Shown piece by piece: positions 25,269 to 37,561 of a stretch of 64,000 nt of DNA (positions are counted from its first letter, which is position 1; each line of letters starts with the position of its first letter). Below the pieces are notes generated by a model. It had not been told where the DNA came from, searched no databases, and saw nothing but the letters and a program-made list of their open reading frames with translations. The translations under genes were made by a program, and so were the position numbers. The stretch comes from Psilocybe cubensis (lineage: Eukaryota), in the NCBI GenBank assembly GCA_017499595.2, contig CM038998.1, positions 992,001-1,056,000 of the forward strand, given 5' to 3'.

Positions 25269-25855
25269 ATGCTTTTCCTAGCAATTTAATCTTTCTACAG
25301 AACTGCCAGAAAATTTGAAGGTCCTCGGAAGATTTACAGCGAAATCTTCGAGAAAAAGTCGGATAAAACGATGCTTTGACTTTAAGGCCTAACACCTTGT
25401 CGTAAAGCAGCGTCTAGGTATCGCGGGTTGTGGTTGCCAGAAAAGGATCGCGATTCGCGAACCAAGCCGTCTCGGACCTTTTGTGCAATTCAATCTCCGA
25501 CGAACTCAGTCAGGGGACTTCAATTTTGAACTTCAACACATCAAGGCAAGTTGGGCTCGGAAAGAACGCAGTGGTCTAATATATCTATGACCTTTCATTT
25601 TGAAGATAAATCATCCGTAAATCTTAATAATTACAAAAATCCATGTTTCACAAAATTTGACTTGAATTACGGTGCCCAGTAGCGTTATTGAAAATATTAG
25701 GGCATAAAAGTACATGATGTTTAGGCGTTAGACATGATTCGACAGATTCAAAGTGGTCAAGAAGTATGGGTAAAAAGAGACTTCACTTTCTTTTAATAGA
25801 TCTCAAGCTTGGATCCGAGTTGTGCACGCGACATCTTCAACTCAGAAAGATAAAT

Positions 25856-26486
25856 TCAAATAGCCCGACGCAGGCGCTTGAGAGGGAAGCCGTCTAGCAT
25901 AAAGGAATGAGACAATGAATGTTGATTTAAGCAGACAAGGGGAAAGAGGCGCGCACCAAGGCCAACTCTGGTATAAGTTCTCTTACGCATCTCTACATTG
26001 CTCTCCAAAACCTCTTGGGCCTGCCTTTTTTTGGATGGGGATGTGCGCTCCAATGATGAGTATGCGTGAGCTGCTTGGTGGCCAACCATTGGACCCAAGC
26101 CCTATCGTTGACATGTTTTAAAGGCACGCCCCTATGTTGATTGCCCAAGGGAACCAGAAATTCGTCGTAATTTTCATCAAGTTGGACCAAGAGTCCCTCT
26201 TTATATCTCTTAAAGGCATCTTGGAAACCATCCTACGAATAGTATATCAATGTAAATTGGGTAAGCGGAGACAAAGACAGGCGCACCGCAATTCCATTGG
26301 TTTATTGGGCTCATGGTGGTTGCAAGTTGAAAAAGGAGGAGTGAGAAACGATGAGACACATTGACATCGATTTCATTTGCATATGGAGGGCATGTTTGCT
26401 TCCGAGACTCGTCGAAGGCACTGTAGATGGCGGAAGCTGAATTCAGGAAAACACGCTGAGAGGACGACACGCTGAGGACCTTTCAT
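25856..26486 (-). pseudogene. Degenerate tandem paralog of the FG-x-H motif gene
   Basis: The exon FQDAFKRYKEGLLVQLDENYDEFLVPLGNQHRGVPLKHVNDRAWVQWL aligns with FHQAMEKYREGLINKVDKHFCDFVVPFGKKHFGQRLGECRDPSWSIWL. SPSKKRQAQEVLES lies in another frame. There is a 1-nt insertion near 26460 relative to the 29780 copy. Confidence 0.65.
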
Positions 26487-26615
26487 GTCCATTGTAAGAA
26501 GTTGAGCCCAGTCTTTTGAGTTCCTATTAAAATCAACCTAAAAATCAAAGATCGTGGTCACCGTCCAAGTCGAGAACATCGTCCTTTAAGTCAAGCGTGA
26601 TGCGATCAATAATCT
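26389..26615. repeat. Dispersed direct repeat copy 1 (copy 2 at about 29684-29900)
   Basis: gcatgtttgcttccgagactcgtcgaag, aagttgagcccagtcttttga and gtgatgcgatcaat occur in both copies. Confidence 0.9.
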
Positions 26616-27549
26616 GTTCAGTATCATTCACGGCATGCTGTTCGTCACCCTCCTGATTTGCTTCCCATACCCTTACCTGCCTTAACGAGTAGCTTTTCTA
26701 GCTGTTTGTCTCGCTAGTGTGCGTTCCAATTCTTATATCACAAGCCTCATATGGCCGACCGAAACTGACTATCACGACGGCGTATAGTCCAGCCTCTAGA
26801 CAACTTGAACTCATATGAAGCAACTGAAAGAACTTGTAAAGAACTTGATTCTGTACCAGTACTCTTTTAATGCATGATGTACCAACCACATATCGCCCTC
26901 AAAGTCCGCCTTCGCAGAGTCACCAATACTCAGTTACGCACTATACCCCGGAGATTGATCATGACTGCTGTACGCCTGGAATCTTCAAGTGACCTTTACA
27001 CACTTGCACTCGCTCTACACCAGAGACTAATTACCTTCCTGCACCCGCTTATACATTGAGTTGGTGTCCTTGCAGGCGTGGCTGTTTCCGTGGGCTACAC
27101 GATTCGTGTACCCTATCGCGCGGTGGAAGCAATGTCTGTCGCAGATCAGATTGTAGGTATCATTGCTGCTGAATACTCCGATATCAAACTTGGCCTTCGC
27201 TCGAGATGGGGAGGTGGCTCGTTCCGTTCGAGACCAAGAGCGGGAAACTTTTCCAGTGGAAGTCTAAAGAACTATCGAACAATTCTGTTGGTATGTGTAT
27301 ATTCATTTCTCTTGGTTCCGTTTCATGTTGACCTGGTTAGATATCAATGGAGGTGGGGAGTTGTTGAGTACCATCTTGAAATCCGGTAAGTTATGTGCAA
27401 GGGGTCTATCGCGTTCATCGCTGTTCATCGAACGATTCAATTGGAATTTCCATTTATAAACTACATAGAAACATAATGATGGGGGTAAAAACGATCTGCA
27501 AACGCCCCTACATAATACTAACTAGTAGCAACAAATGCGCAACAGCATC

Positions 27550-28839
27550 CTAAGCACCAGGAACGCATTGCTCGTCCTTGACAGGAGCACCCGGAATAAT
27601 CCACTCTCCCACCGTAACAAACGCAGAGCTCAATCCATAATACCCTCCATTCCCAAACAACACTTTCTTTCCCTGAGAATCAGGCATCAACGTCAAACTC
27701 CTTGTATAACTAATACCCTGGTCGGGTGCGACCTCCTGCTTGACCCACTTCGCTGGGTCGCCTCCCGCCGTGTTCGTGAACACCTGCGCGTAAGTTGAAT
27801 CTGAAACCACAATCGTTCCTTGTGGCCCACCAACTGGGGACCAGATGGTATAAGGACCAGCAGCGGGCACCGTCCCGTCTGAAGCTACAATCTGAAGGTC
27901 CGCCTTGTCCCCAAATGTAAAAGGTGAGTCGCTGAGCCTGTATCCCACGGCGTAGGGTACGGGTCCGGGCGCTAATCCCAACTCGTAACTCAGCATGAAC
28001 TTGGTGTTTTTACCGTTCCCGATCTGGGCAATGGTGGTCATCCCAGGGCGGAGAGTGTAGTTGGCCATTGCGACGTCATCTACAACCGTGCCCCAGGTTA
28101 TGAGGTCGGAGGACTGTTGGTGTGCGAGCTTTTGGCCGTGGAGAGGGTCACGTTGGTCGGAGTAGAAGACGCCAACTTGACCTTGGTGGTAGAGAATGAA
28201 AGGTTCCCAGATAGGGTGAGCTCCATTGGCGGTGTTGGGTGCTGCACCGGTGGCAACCAGTGAGACGAACTCCCATGTTTTTCTTAAAATGGTGCATCAG
28301 TCCTACGGATGGAAGTATCTTGAAGGAAAAGCTTATACTAACCCCTTATCGAGAGAAGCGTGCACTTCGATGTTCGTGCTCGCTCCGCCTTGAGGGATGC
28401 CGTTTCCACTTGCAAGTATCGTCCCAGCAGGGAACTTGCCCACAGCCTCTGGTAGCTCGTAGATGAATGGTTGTGCGATGCTGCCACCGTTGTAGTTGCC
28501 GGTATTAAAAAATATCTGGCTCAACATGGACCATGTCTTTCCGCCGTCCGTCGACTGGAAAACAGGGATGGAAGCAGGTCCAGGGAAAGACGCTGAGAAT
28601 ACTGCGAGGATGGTGTTCGAGCAGTCATGTCGAAGCACTGTCTTGCGCGCGTACGAGGTCCTCTTGGATCCCCAGGTAGACGGCGGGGTGAAGACAGTGA
28701 CGTTGGTGAAGTCTGGAGTGAAGCTAACTGGAGCAGGTGGCGATGGAGGAGGCGGAGGAGGTGGGGGTGCAGGAGGCGCGGCCGCCAATCCCAGTGGAAT
28801 GACGGAAAATAACAAAGATACTACCACAGAAAGACGCAT
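27550..28839 (-). CDS. Secreted BNR/Asp-box beta-propeller glycoside hydrolase, GH93 (exo-alpha-1,5-arabinanase-like)
   Basis: Signal peptide, poly-Pro linker, TSYAR, Asp-boxes STDGGKTW and SLDKG|KTWEF, QPFIYELP..G.FPAGTIL, PIWEPF, YSDQRDP.HGQKL and RPGM. One intron at about 28283-28339. Confidence 0.85.
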
Positions 28840-29256
28840 GCTGGTAGTTAATTCCTAGCGAGAAATTAATGCTTGCTGAATATCAGAATGTACATAGCTC
28901 TCTTTTTATAATGTAAAAATTCGTTGGGGGCCGAGTCGGACAGGACCACCCTCAAGACTTTGAAGGAACAGGCCCGCACGCAAGTTGGCTTGCCGCTCAA
29001 AGTTTTGAGCTTCCGGGAATTCGTCGGAAGGTCATATGGACCTTTTATCATCCATAACTAACAGTAAGCATCATGGAGAATAAAGTCAAAATAGACCTTG
29101 AACGAAGCCGGCTCCAAGCAAAAAGTAAATATAGCAAAGATATAGTGACCATTTGACTTTGTCTGTCTAATGTTAGCACTCAACGGGTTTCAGAAATTCA
29201 ATAAAGCCTATGTACCTGCTCCTGTTCCCTTCTTCTTCTTAAGTTCTATTCTCTGC

Positions 29257-29780
29257 CTATGTCCGCTGTGACGTTGTTCTCTGAACCTGTGCCTCCCTCG
29301 GCGACTCATATGACATTATTTTCCGGCAAGAATTCGAACACTTACCATTCAACACACTAGTGTAGAACTTCCATAAAAATATAAGGCTCGACTCGATCCG
29401 AACCCGAAGTTCCAATTTGCCGTGTGTAAACCACAATGGTATTGTATCATCCAGTTTTGGGAGATATGTCGAGAACCTCATGTTGCAGGTTAGGCCGCGA
29501 TCGAGGGTTGCTTCTGCGATGAACCAATTGTTGGGCAAGGAAGACTTTTCAAAGGCTTTCGGAGCTATAGTGTACGCCACACGTCTGTCAAATGCACGGA
29601 ATTGAAGCGCGACTTTGGTCCGTAACGGCGCGACACATCCACGCTGTGCGTAAAGCGCATGTAGACAGAATGTATCATATGGCCGCATGTTTGCTTCCGA
29701 GACTCGTCGAAGATACTTTGGAAGGCGGAAGGTGGGTTCAGCAAGACATGCTGAGGGACTACACGCTGTGTACCTTTCAT
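29257..29780 (-). pseudogene. Hypothetical or degenerate ORF sharing its 5' end with the 26486 copy
   Basis: MKGTQRVVPQHVLLNPPSAFQSIFDESRKQTC matches MKGPQRVV/QRVFLNSASAIYSAFDESRKQTC. No visible homology downstream. Confidence 0.4.
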
Positions 29781-29900
29781 ATCCGTTCCAGTAACAAGTT
29801 GAGCCCAGTCTTTTGAACTCCTAAAATCGACCTAAAATCGAATCGCATTGTGGTCTTGAAGGAACATCGGTCATTCAAGTCAAGTGATGCGATCAATCTA
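29684..29900. repeat. Dispersed direct repeat copy 2 (copy 1 at about 26389-26615)
   Basis: Same shared blocks as copy 1. Confidence 0.9.
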
Positions 29901-29992
29901 ATCTTAGTTCATCTTTGGGATCCAAGATTGATTACTGTAGACATTCACTATTTTCACCAACAACCGCATTCTGAGTACCCGAAATCTTTGAA

Positions 29993-30898
29993 ATGACGCC
30001 TACAATACCGCGCTGGAAAAGGATTATTGAAACTGCTCTTGCTGAATACAAAAACCAAACAGGTACGTTGTCCACTTTCGAATCGCCCTTGGGAGTGTTG
30101 CCTCAATCTAGCGACGGGGCTGGAACTCGCGCTCAGCGCTCACCATTCGAGGTATCGCGCTCGTCTGATTAAAACAATGTTAATTTTCCCTTTATATTAC
30201 CAGTAATCCAGATCGCTACTACGGACAACACTAGACCGACCCCCCGAGTACGATCCCACATATTCCGTTCTTTTCTCTCCCACCCATCCCACCCATCGCT
30301 ACCACTCCTATTGAGCTCAACGGACATCCGTACCCCAAAGGTCAGCCAAATAGCAAACCACAAAGCTGTCGAAATCGCATGGTGGATCGACGGCACACAG
30401 CAGCAATTCCGCATACTAGCGAATGTGTACATCGTCCCTGAGCCCAACCACCCGTTACTTGCACCCTTCAGGAAGCAGCTCGAGGAATCCAAATTAGAAG
30501 CAGGAGATGCTATCTCTCTTTACCCTTCTACTGAGGAATGGGAATCGCAGCGCAAATCCATGTTCGCGTCGATGAGCGCACATATGCGCGCGTCATGGTG
30601 CCGGCCCACGCCCGGCTCACCACTCTCCCTTCATGGCGGTCCCGAAGCCGTTAAGAACTGGCCAACACGCGTTGTGCAACCTGACAGGGAAAAAATGAGT
30701 CCCGAGGAATTTAAGGAAGCTCAAAAAAATTGGGAGCTAGCGTTGAGCAACTTCGCTCTGGTGGTCATTGATCCCTATGAGGTCGATTTTGTAGATTTGG
30801 GGGGCGCTAAAGGGAAGTTAGATCGCCGATGGCTCTTCGTAAAGGCAAGGGAGGGAGAATATGGCTGGAAATGGACAGAGGAGGAACTTGTCCCCTGA
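29993..30898 (+). CDS. Pyridoxamine 5'-phosphate oxidase-like FMN-binding split-barrel protein
   Basis: MTPTIPRWK..|VIQIATTD..PRVRSHIFR..STDIRTPKVSQI..VEIAWW..QQQFRI..MRASWCRPTPG..ALSNFALVVIDPYEVDFVDL..EEELVP*. One intron at 30063-30203. Confidence 0.85.
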
Positions 30899-31359
30899 GG
30901 ATTATTGACACAAGAAAACGCCCCTATTTCAGCCCCTTTACTGTGCGCACCGCGTCTTCAAACCAGCAAAACACCGTGACACTTTACCATATCACAATTG
31001 CTGATAGAGTATTGTAGATGAAATCTAGCGAAGAAAGAGAAAAAAGAACCGCTCCGTGGGAGCCCTGCATACTTGTGTCGACATATATACATGATACATA
31101 GTACATAGTATATACAGTTAGCAAGGGATGAACAACGGAATAACTTAATGGGAGTTGCAAGAATATAATGAGCGGAATAAATCAAGAGGGATTGGTACAC
31201 TTTACAAGCCTTGTTTTTGGTATTTCTTGGGGCACATACACGTTTCGAGCGTGTATCCGATCTAGTTATTTTATGTTACGCAGCCACGTTGGGTGAAAGC
31301 GTCAGTTTCCTGGAAGACGATTGTGTCGAATCGCATGGTGAAGGCGGCCAGTTAACCAC

Positions 31360-32039
31360 CTAGGCTTTCGCTTTCTTGGCTCCTTGAGAATCATCATCAT
31401 CGGCGACCTCCTCAAAATTGCGCTTCTTGGTGCTCGGTGCGGGTGCCTCGTCGTTCTCCTCGACATACTCATCATCATCGTCCTCTTCTTCATCGTCCTC
31501 CTCGTCTCCGACATCGTCCCCTTCAACGGGGGCATTGGGCTAAATAATTTTATTTAATGTGAGACGCTGTTTGAGAGATCAATTCATCATGCTACTCACA
31601 TTGCCGAGAAGGAGATGGGTCAGGTTGTTTTGTCCCTGTAGATATTCTCCCAATCAGTTCTGGTGACCAATGAACACGTAAGGATCCAACAATACCTGTG
31701 GTTCGTCTCCCCCTTCCTCATCCTCCTCTTCCTCGTCATCATCTTCATCTCCGACGATTTGCCGTTCTTCCTGGAAAGAACGACCAGAACACTCGCCATG
31801 AGCACCCGTTACGAGTGGTGCGGCCCCACCAAGCTGAAAAGGCATGAACGCACCTCATAGTCCGCCTCGTCATTCTCGTCATAGTCATCACTTTCCTCTT
31901 CCTCTTCGTCGTCGTGTTGCTCGTCGAGGGTTGTAATCTCTCCGGGTTGTTTTCCTAGAGTTCCATTGACAACACCATCGGGAGTGCTGTGGTCGGCGGT
32001 CGTGGTGACGCCAGCGGAAGAGACATCTGCGTCAGACAT
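31360..32039 (-). CDS. Small, highly acidic protein with a C-terminal bipartite NLS-like motif
   Basis: MSDADVSS..DDEEEEESDDYDE.. followed by introns and NLTHLLLGN|PNAPVEGDD..PSTKKRNFEEVADDDDSQGAKKAKA*. Function unknown; a histone-chaperone-like role is only inferred from composition. Confidence 0.65.
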
Positions 32040-34397
32040 TATGTGCAGATTGAAGGACTCAAAAAGCTCAGAGACGGTAGTAAGAGGGCTGCAACAGAGC
32101 AGAAGACGATTTCAAGAAGCAAAACTAGCGCCTAGACGGGAGCGCACGAGGACCGGGATGGGGTAGAGATGGGGGTGACAGACAAGGAACAAAAAAGATC
32201 AACGGAAACAGGTATGGGTTGAAGCCTGAAATGATGCCTGGTCAGCGCCATCCATTTCTCACCCCATATCCCAGGGAGCGCTCGAGCCCTTTCCCAAATT
32301 TCATCGGACGGCGGCGAACCCGAAACTCACATCCACCCAGCCACTTCGTCGCGTCACGTGACGGTGATACGACCCCTTTTTTGCCCCGCAGTTTGCTCCG
32401 TCACAGCCAACGTGGGCTTTCCTGGAATAGTCTTCCAGTCCACACATCAAGGAAACCATCCCGGGTGTGTGTCATGTTTCTATGTCGAGTGATGAGATGG
32501 AAGATGCCGTCTGCTAAATTTACGTTGTTAATTATCAGCAGGAGCAGCGTCCGTAGAGAGCGAAGTTGGCCGCGAACGAGGGGTCGCGGTTCAGTTGTTT
32601 TGCCAGAACAAATGCTTTCAATTCCTGCAATACAATGAATTAACGCATCTGTTAGCTGGAAAAGCGGAGTTCTTCTATTCGGGCTTTGCATTCATGTTGC
32701 CCGGGCACTTGATGCAAAGGCTTCTTTGTCAAACGTCATTGTCTTTGGGAATTAGTCGTCGAGCACGATCGTAGATAGAACGATGTCTGTCTGATTTCAT
32801 CATCAAGCACCTTCAATCTCGTCGCATTTTTCTGCGTAGGTAAGCCATTGAGTGGCTGAGAGGTCGAGAAGGATGGAACCGGTGTATTTTTGAGTTGACG
32901 TACCAAATAAAACCAGGCCGATGGCTACTGTAAAGAGGTAGGCGAGACTTTAAAAGCGTAAGATCCCAAGCAAGCAAGTCAAAAAGCGCTGGAACAAGGT
33001 ATAACCGGAGTAAATGGAATGAGATGTGGATGTCATTACCGCAAAATAAAACATCCTACAGCAACCACAGAAAGCAACCATAGGCAACCATACGAGTGAA
33101 GCCCAGTTATTCGATGATAGAATAGAAGAAGCATACAATTAAGATTTAATGCGAAGAGGTTACGAATCCTGGCCATTCAAATTTGGGGAATGCTATTGAG
33201 GTGTCTCCCGAAATTTCATGACTGGGATTGAATTGCGGCCGGCATGGGGAAGCAAATAGACACGGCTGTCAGCGTTGAGTAGAAATTGCAGCCAAAGTTC
33301 AGTTCGTACATTGGTGACAGAGAAGAGCCACTATTATGCCTACAGGTTGAAGTTACACGTCCTCAAGCAACGGACAGCTTGGGTAGATTTTGTTCGAATG
33401 AGATTCATTATAAGGGAGGAATAGGCCTGGACAGGTCCTGGGAAAGTATGAGAGTGACCGAAAGTGATTTGCGAGCAGCTATCCAGAGTGGGAAATAGAC
33501 GCATGGGTCAGTGACACTGCCGATGACCGGGGGGAGCGACAGGACAAGTTGCAAGCCAGAGTTGTGAACACTCTCAGAGTGCAAGATGTATTCGAGCGAC
33601 TGCACTGATCCTACAAAGGTGAAGGAGAGAATGCGGTGCCGAGGGCTACAAGTACTCCATAGTCTCCAATGAACAAGAGGAAGTAATCGAGGGTCATGGC
33701 TCATTTATAACACCGCGATCATGTAACGGGTGGTTTATGGGCATAGGCTTATCTGCGGTGCCTTGTCCGTCCACGACCGCCTGTTCACTCTCAATATCAG
33801 AAGCATGTGAAGCATTTAGATCGGACATATGAGAAAGTTGGTTATCATACGGCTTGTGTGGCGGTTTTCGAGTAAAGGTTCAACCTATTCATTGAGAGGA
33901 ATGGATCGTTACACTTGAAGATAAATCTGCTCGGAGACCACATGAACGCCCTTGAGAACCCTGACACTATATCTGAGGTAAGAGCTTAGATGAGTGGGGT
34001 GACCCATGCTACATAGCTGAGAATGTTGGTAAGGATCGTACGTTCTAATCACCACGATTGTCAGAAGGGAAGGAAGTAGACTGGAGTACGTCTTGGTTAT
34101 GGAGAAAAGGCATCTGACCTAAGGAAGCCGTTATCTGCTTGAAGGGAGGCGTGGGAACTGTATTCTATAGCCGGTCACCTGACCAATTTCATCCGCAAGC
34201 ATTTTTAAGATCGACGCTTTGCAAGGGACCACAACTTGTTGTATTGCATACGAAACCAGACCGCAAGTGTCTAGATAAACGGGATCCATATTTTGGATCT
34301 CTCTTATCTTAATCGGGATTCAGACACGAACGGTTTGCTCCTCGAGGCATTAAAATAACCGACGCGGGGTATATATAAACGGATCTCAACGGCGCCA

Positions 34398-37349
34398 ATG
34401 GCTGATATAGCTCCCCTTTCCCAGACCATCATCGCAACAGCAACAAGCACAATGAGCCCAGACGGAAATTCATCGACGTTCAGTGCTGTTCCAAGCACAG
34501 CTACTGGGGTAGAAACCTTGAAGCCTGGACAAACGTCCGCTTCGTTCAAACACCCCTTGGACCCACTGTCTGCCGAAGAGGTAAGCAAGCCGTATTGATG
34601 GACTGACCTACATTTATATTGCGTCATTTAGATTCCGGTAGTGTCTCTGGCAGTTCGACAACATATTGCTACCAAGACTGAAATCAAGGCAATCAAATTC
34701 ATTACATGCACACTTCTTCCACCTCCCAAGAAAGTTGTTTTGGCTTACCTCGGAATACCTCTGGGTCCTGGCGAAAAGCCTGAAGCTCCCACGAAGATTG
34801 TTAGGAGAGCCGAAGTCGACGTAAGTTACACTATCCACTTATTAGTAGTGCCACATCTCAAAAACTTCGTTGTTGATAGTTCCTGGACGTCCTCAATGGG
34901 TGAGTAGGATCGAATGCACACTTGTTTATTTTTGGTTACGCTAATAAACGCCCATTAGCCGCGCATACAACTCTGTGTTGAGCCTGAATGATGAAACGGC
35001 TTCATGGGAGGTCAACACTTTTACTCTCCTGGAGGAACATTTCCATCCCCAAATATCTGTGGAAGAGCTCATTGCATGTGAGGTTGTCGTAAAAAATAAC
35101 CCTATCATTCAGAAATTGGCAGCGGATGTCGGTGGGTCTAATTCAGACACGTTGTTTATAACATACTCAGGTCGTCCGCAGGCGTTCTTCCCGAACAGAT
35201 TTTCTGCGATGGATGGTCTATTGGTTATGATGACCGTTTCCCTCAGAAACGACGTGTGCAACAGGCACTTGTGTACGCTCGATTTTCCGAGCACGATAAC
35301 TTATACGCACATCCTATGGTTCGCGAAAAACTTTAATTTTACAACCATCACCCTCACCTCAGTCATTTAGGACTTCATTCCTGTTATTGACGCAAACTCG
35401 GAAGAACTTCTTGGTGTTGGTTAGTGCATATAATATATCATACAACGTTTTCCTTCCCCTAACAATATGTGTATTAGACTTCCCTCCTCACTGGATTCGC
35501 GCCGAGGATGGATCAGTTAAGTTGAGCACATATAGCACTGCTCCTCCTCCTCTCGCTGCGGACGCTCTCGCGGCATCTAAACGTGAACGAATTCCACCCC
35601 CTCGTAAGGCATGGGACTTCTTGCCTGATCTCATGGCCGAGACCGAAGAAGGAGGATACAAACCAAGGACCGACCTGAAACCCTTGCACGTTGTTCAGCC
35701 TGAAGGTGTGAGCTTCAAGATGGACGGTCATGTTCTGGAATGGCAGAATTGGAAAATGCATATTGGTAATTTGGTTTCATCTCGTTCCCTATGCCTTTTT
35801 CTCATAATTCGGTCCAGCTTTCACCCACCGAGAGGGAATTGCATTATCCACTATCACGTACAACGACCATGGAGAAATTAGGCCCATTATGTACCGCTTG
35901 TCATTGGCGGAGATGGTTGTCCCGTACGGTGCACCCGAATATCCTCATCCCAGGAAATTCGCTTTCGATTCGTGAGTTTATTCGTCATTCCCCGTAAGAC
36001 TAAGATCTTTAATCAACGACAAGGGGTGAATACGGCATGGGTACAATGGCAAATGAACTTTCCCTTGGCTGCGACTGCCTCGGCCAAATTCATTATCTGG
36101 TTTGTAAACCTCTTTCGATTCACCATTGATCTTACTTACCGGAGTATTCTATAGCCCGGTGCTTTCGTAGCGCACGATGGAAGCGCGATGGTCATCAAGA
36201 ACGTCATTTGCATCCATGAAGAGGACGCTGGTGTATTATGGAAGCACAGCGACTATCGCCCCAATGGAAGGTCACAGACCGTGAGACGCAGAAGGCTGGT
36301 CATCAGCATGGTCTGTACTCTCGCGAACTACGGTAGGAGTAATTTTATTTCATATCATTAGGCTCTAAATTAAATTGTTTTCCGCAGAGTACATCTGGAA
36401 CTACCACTTCTATCAGGACGGAAGCATAGAATTTGAGGTCCGCCTGACTGGCATCCTGTCAGTTTATCTTAGCAAGGACGGAGAGCCGAACCCATTCGGC
36501 ACCACTGTCGCCCCAAACATTAATGGGCATTACCATCAGCATATGTTCAGTGTCCGTGTTGACCCCATGATTGACGGTCTCAAGAACACTGTTATTGAGT
36601 CTGACATCGTCCCTCTTGATGCCCAAACTGGGTCAAAAGACAATTTTGCTGGCAACGCCTTCTACTCAAAAGACACGACGGTTGAGGTCGAGTCCGGCAG
36701 GAAGTACGACTTTGCGACTGAGCGTAGGTGGCGAATTGTCAACAAGAACAAGCAACATTATAGTTCCGGGAAGGACGTTGGATATACCATTGGTGTCAAG
36801 GGTGGAGCTACGCCTATGATGGCCAAAGCTGACGGCTGGGCGGCCAGGAGAGCTGCATTCTTGAAGAATACTCTTTGGGTTTGCCGAGATGAAGAGGGCG
36901 AAGATAGCGGAACAGTCAGAATGTGGCCGGCTGGGAAGTATGTCCCCCAAACCAAAGAGGAGCCCGAAGACTCTGTCGGTTCTTGGGTTGAAGGCAAGAA
37001 GAATGTCGTAAACGAGGATCTCTTAGTTTATGTCACTGTCGGTGAGTGTTGATGTAGCTCTCCGATTTATATGACGTGCTGATCACGACGACGTACGCAG
37101 GCACTACGCATATCCCTCGCCCAGAAGATTGGCCTGTGTGAGTAGAATGCTCCTTAGCCTTTTTGCTGCCTTCATATTGACTATCTATTAAACCTTAGTA
37201 TGCCCGTTGAACACCTTACTGTGTCGTTTAAACCGAATTCCTTCTTCAAGGCCAATCCTAGCATGGACGTACCTGGCAGCAAGGACCCCCTCAGCGTCCC
37301 TGCGTTCAATGATGCTGCGACCGGTACCAAGGACAGTTGCTGTCATTAA
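34398..37349 (+). CDS. Copper amine oxidase (TPQ-dependent)
   Basis: HPLDPLSAEE, LYAHP, PLHVVQPEGVSF..WQNWKMH, LAEMVVPYG, GCDCLG, IHEEDAGVLWKH, the TPQ motif TLANY|EY, Cu ligands HQH, and THIPRPEDWP. Confidence 0.95.
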
Positions 37350-37561
37350 GTCATTGTTCTATTAATTGGAATGTGGGTCGACGATTATCTCGTCATGGGT
37401 GTTGCATGGACTTCTTCATATGAAAACTGTATATTTGATCACAACTAACATCCACTATTCTGTATCTCTATCTGGTTATGATATACTACATTTGATGACA
37501 TCTACCCTTTCATGTAGCACTTTCTGGATCAATTCCCATATTCGTTAAATTATCTCCAGAA

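Noticed and set aside
26700-27400. Consecutive + strand ORFs 26874..27059 and 27078..27389
   Set aside because: No recognisable domain or splice structure; cannot be distinguished from noncoding or decayed sequence.
32200-34300. Short ORFs in the 2-kb region upstream of the amine oxidase
   Set aside because: No coding signatures; most likely a divergent promoter or intergenic region.
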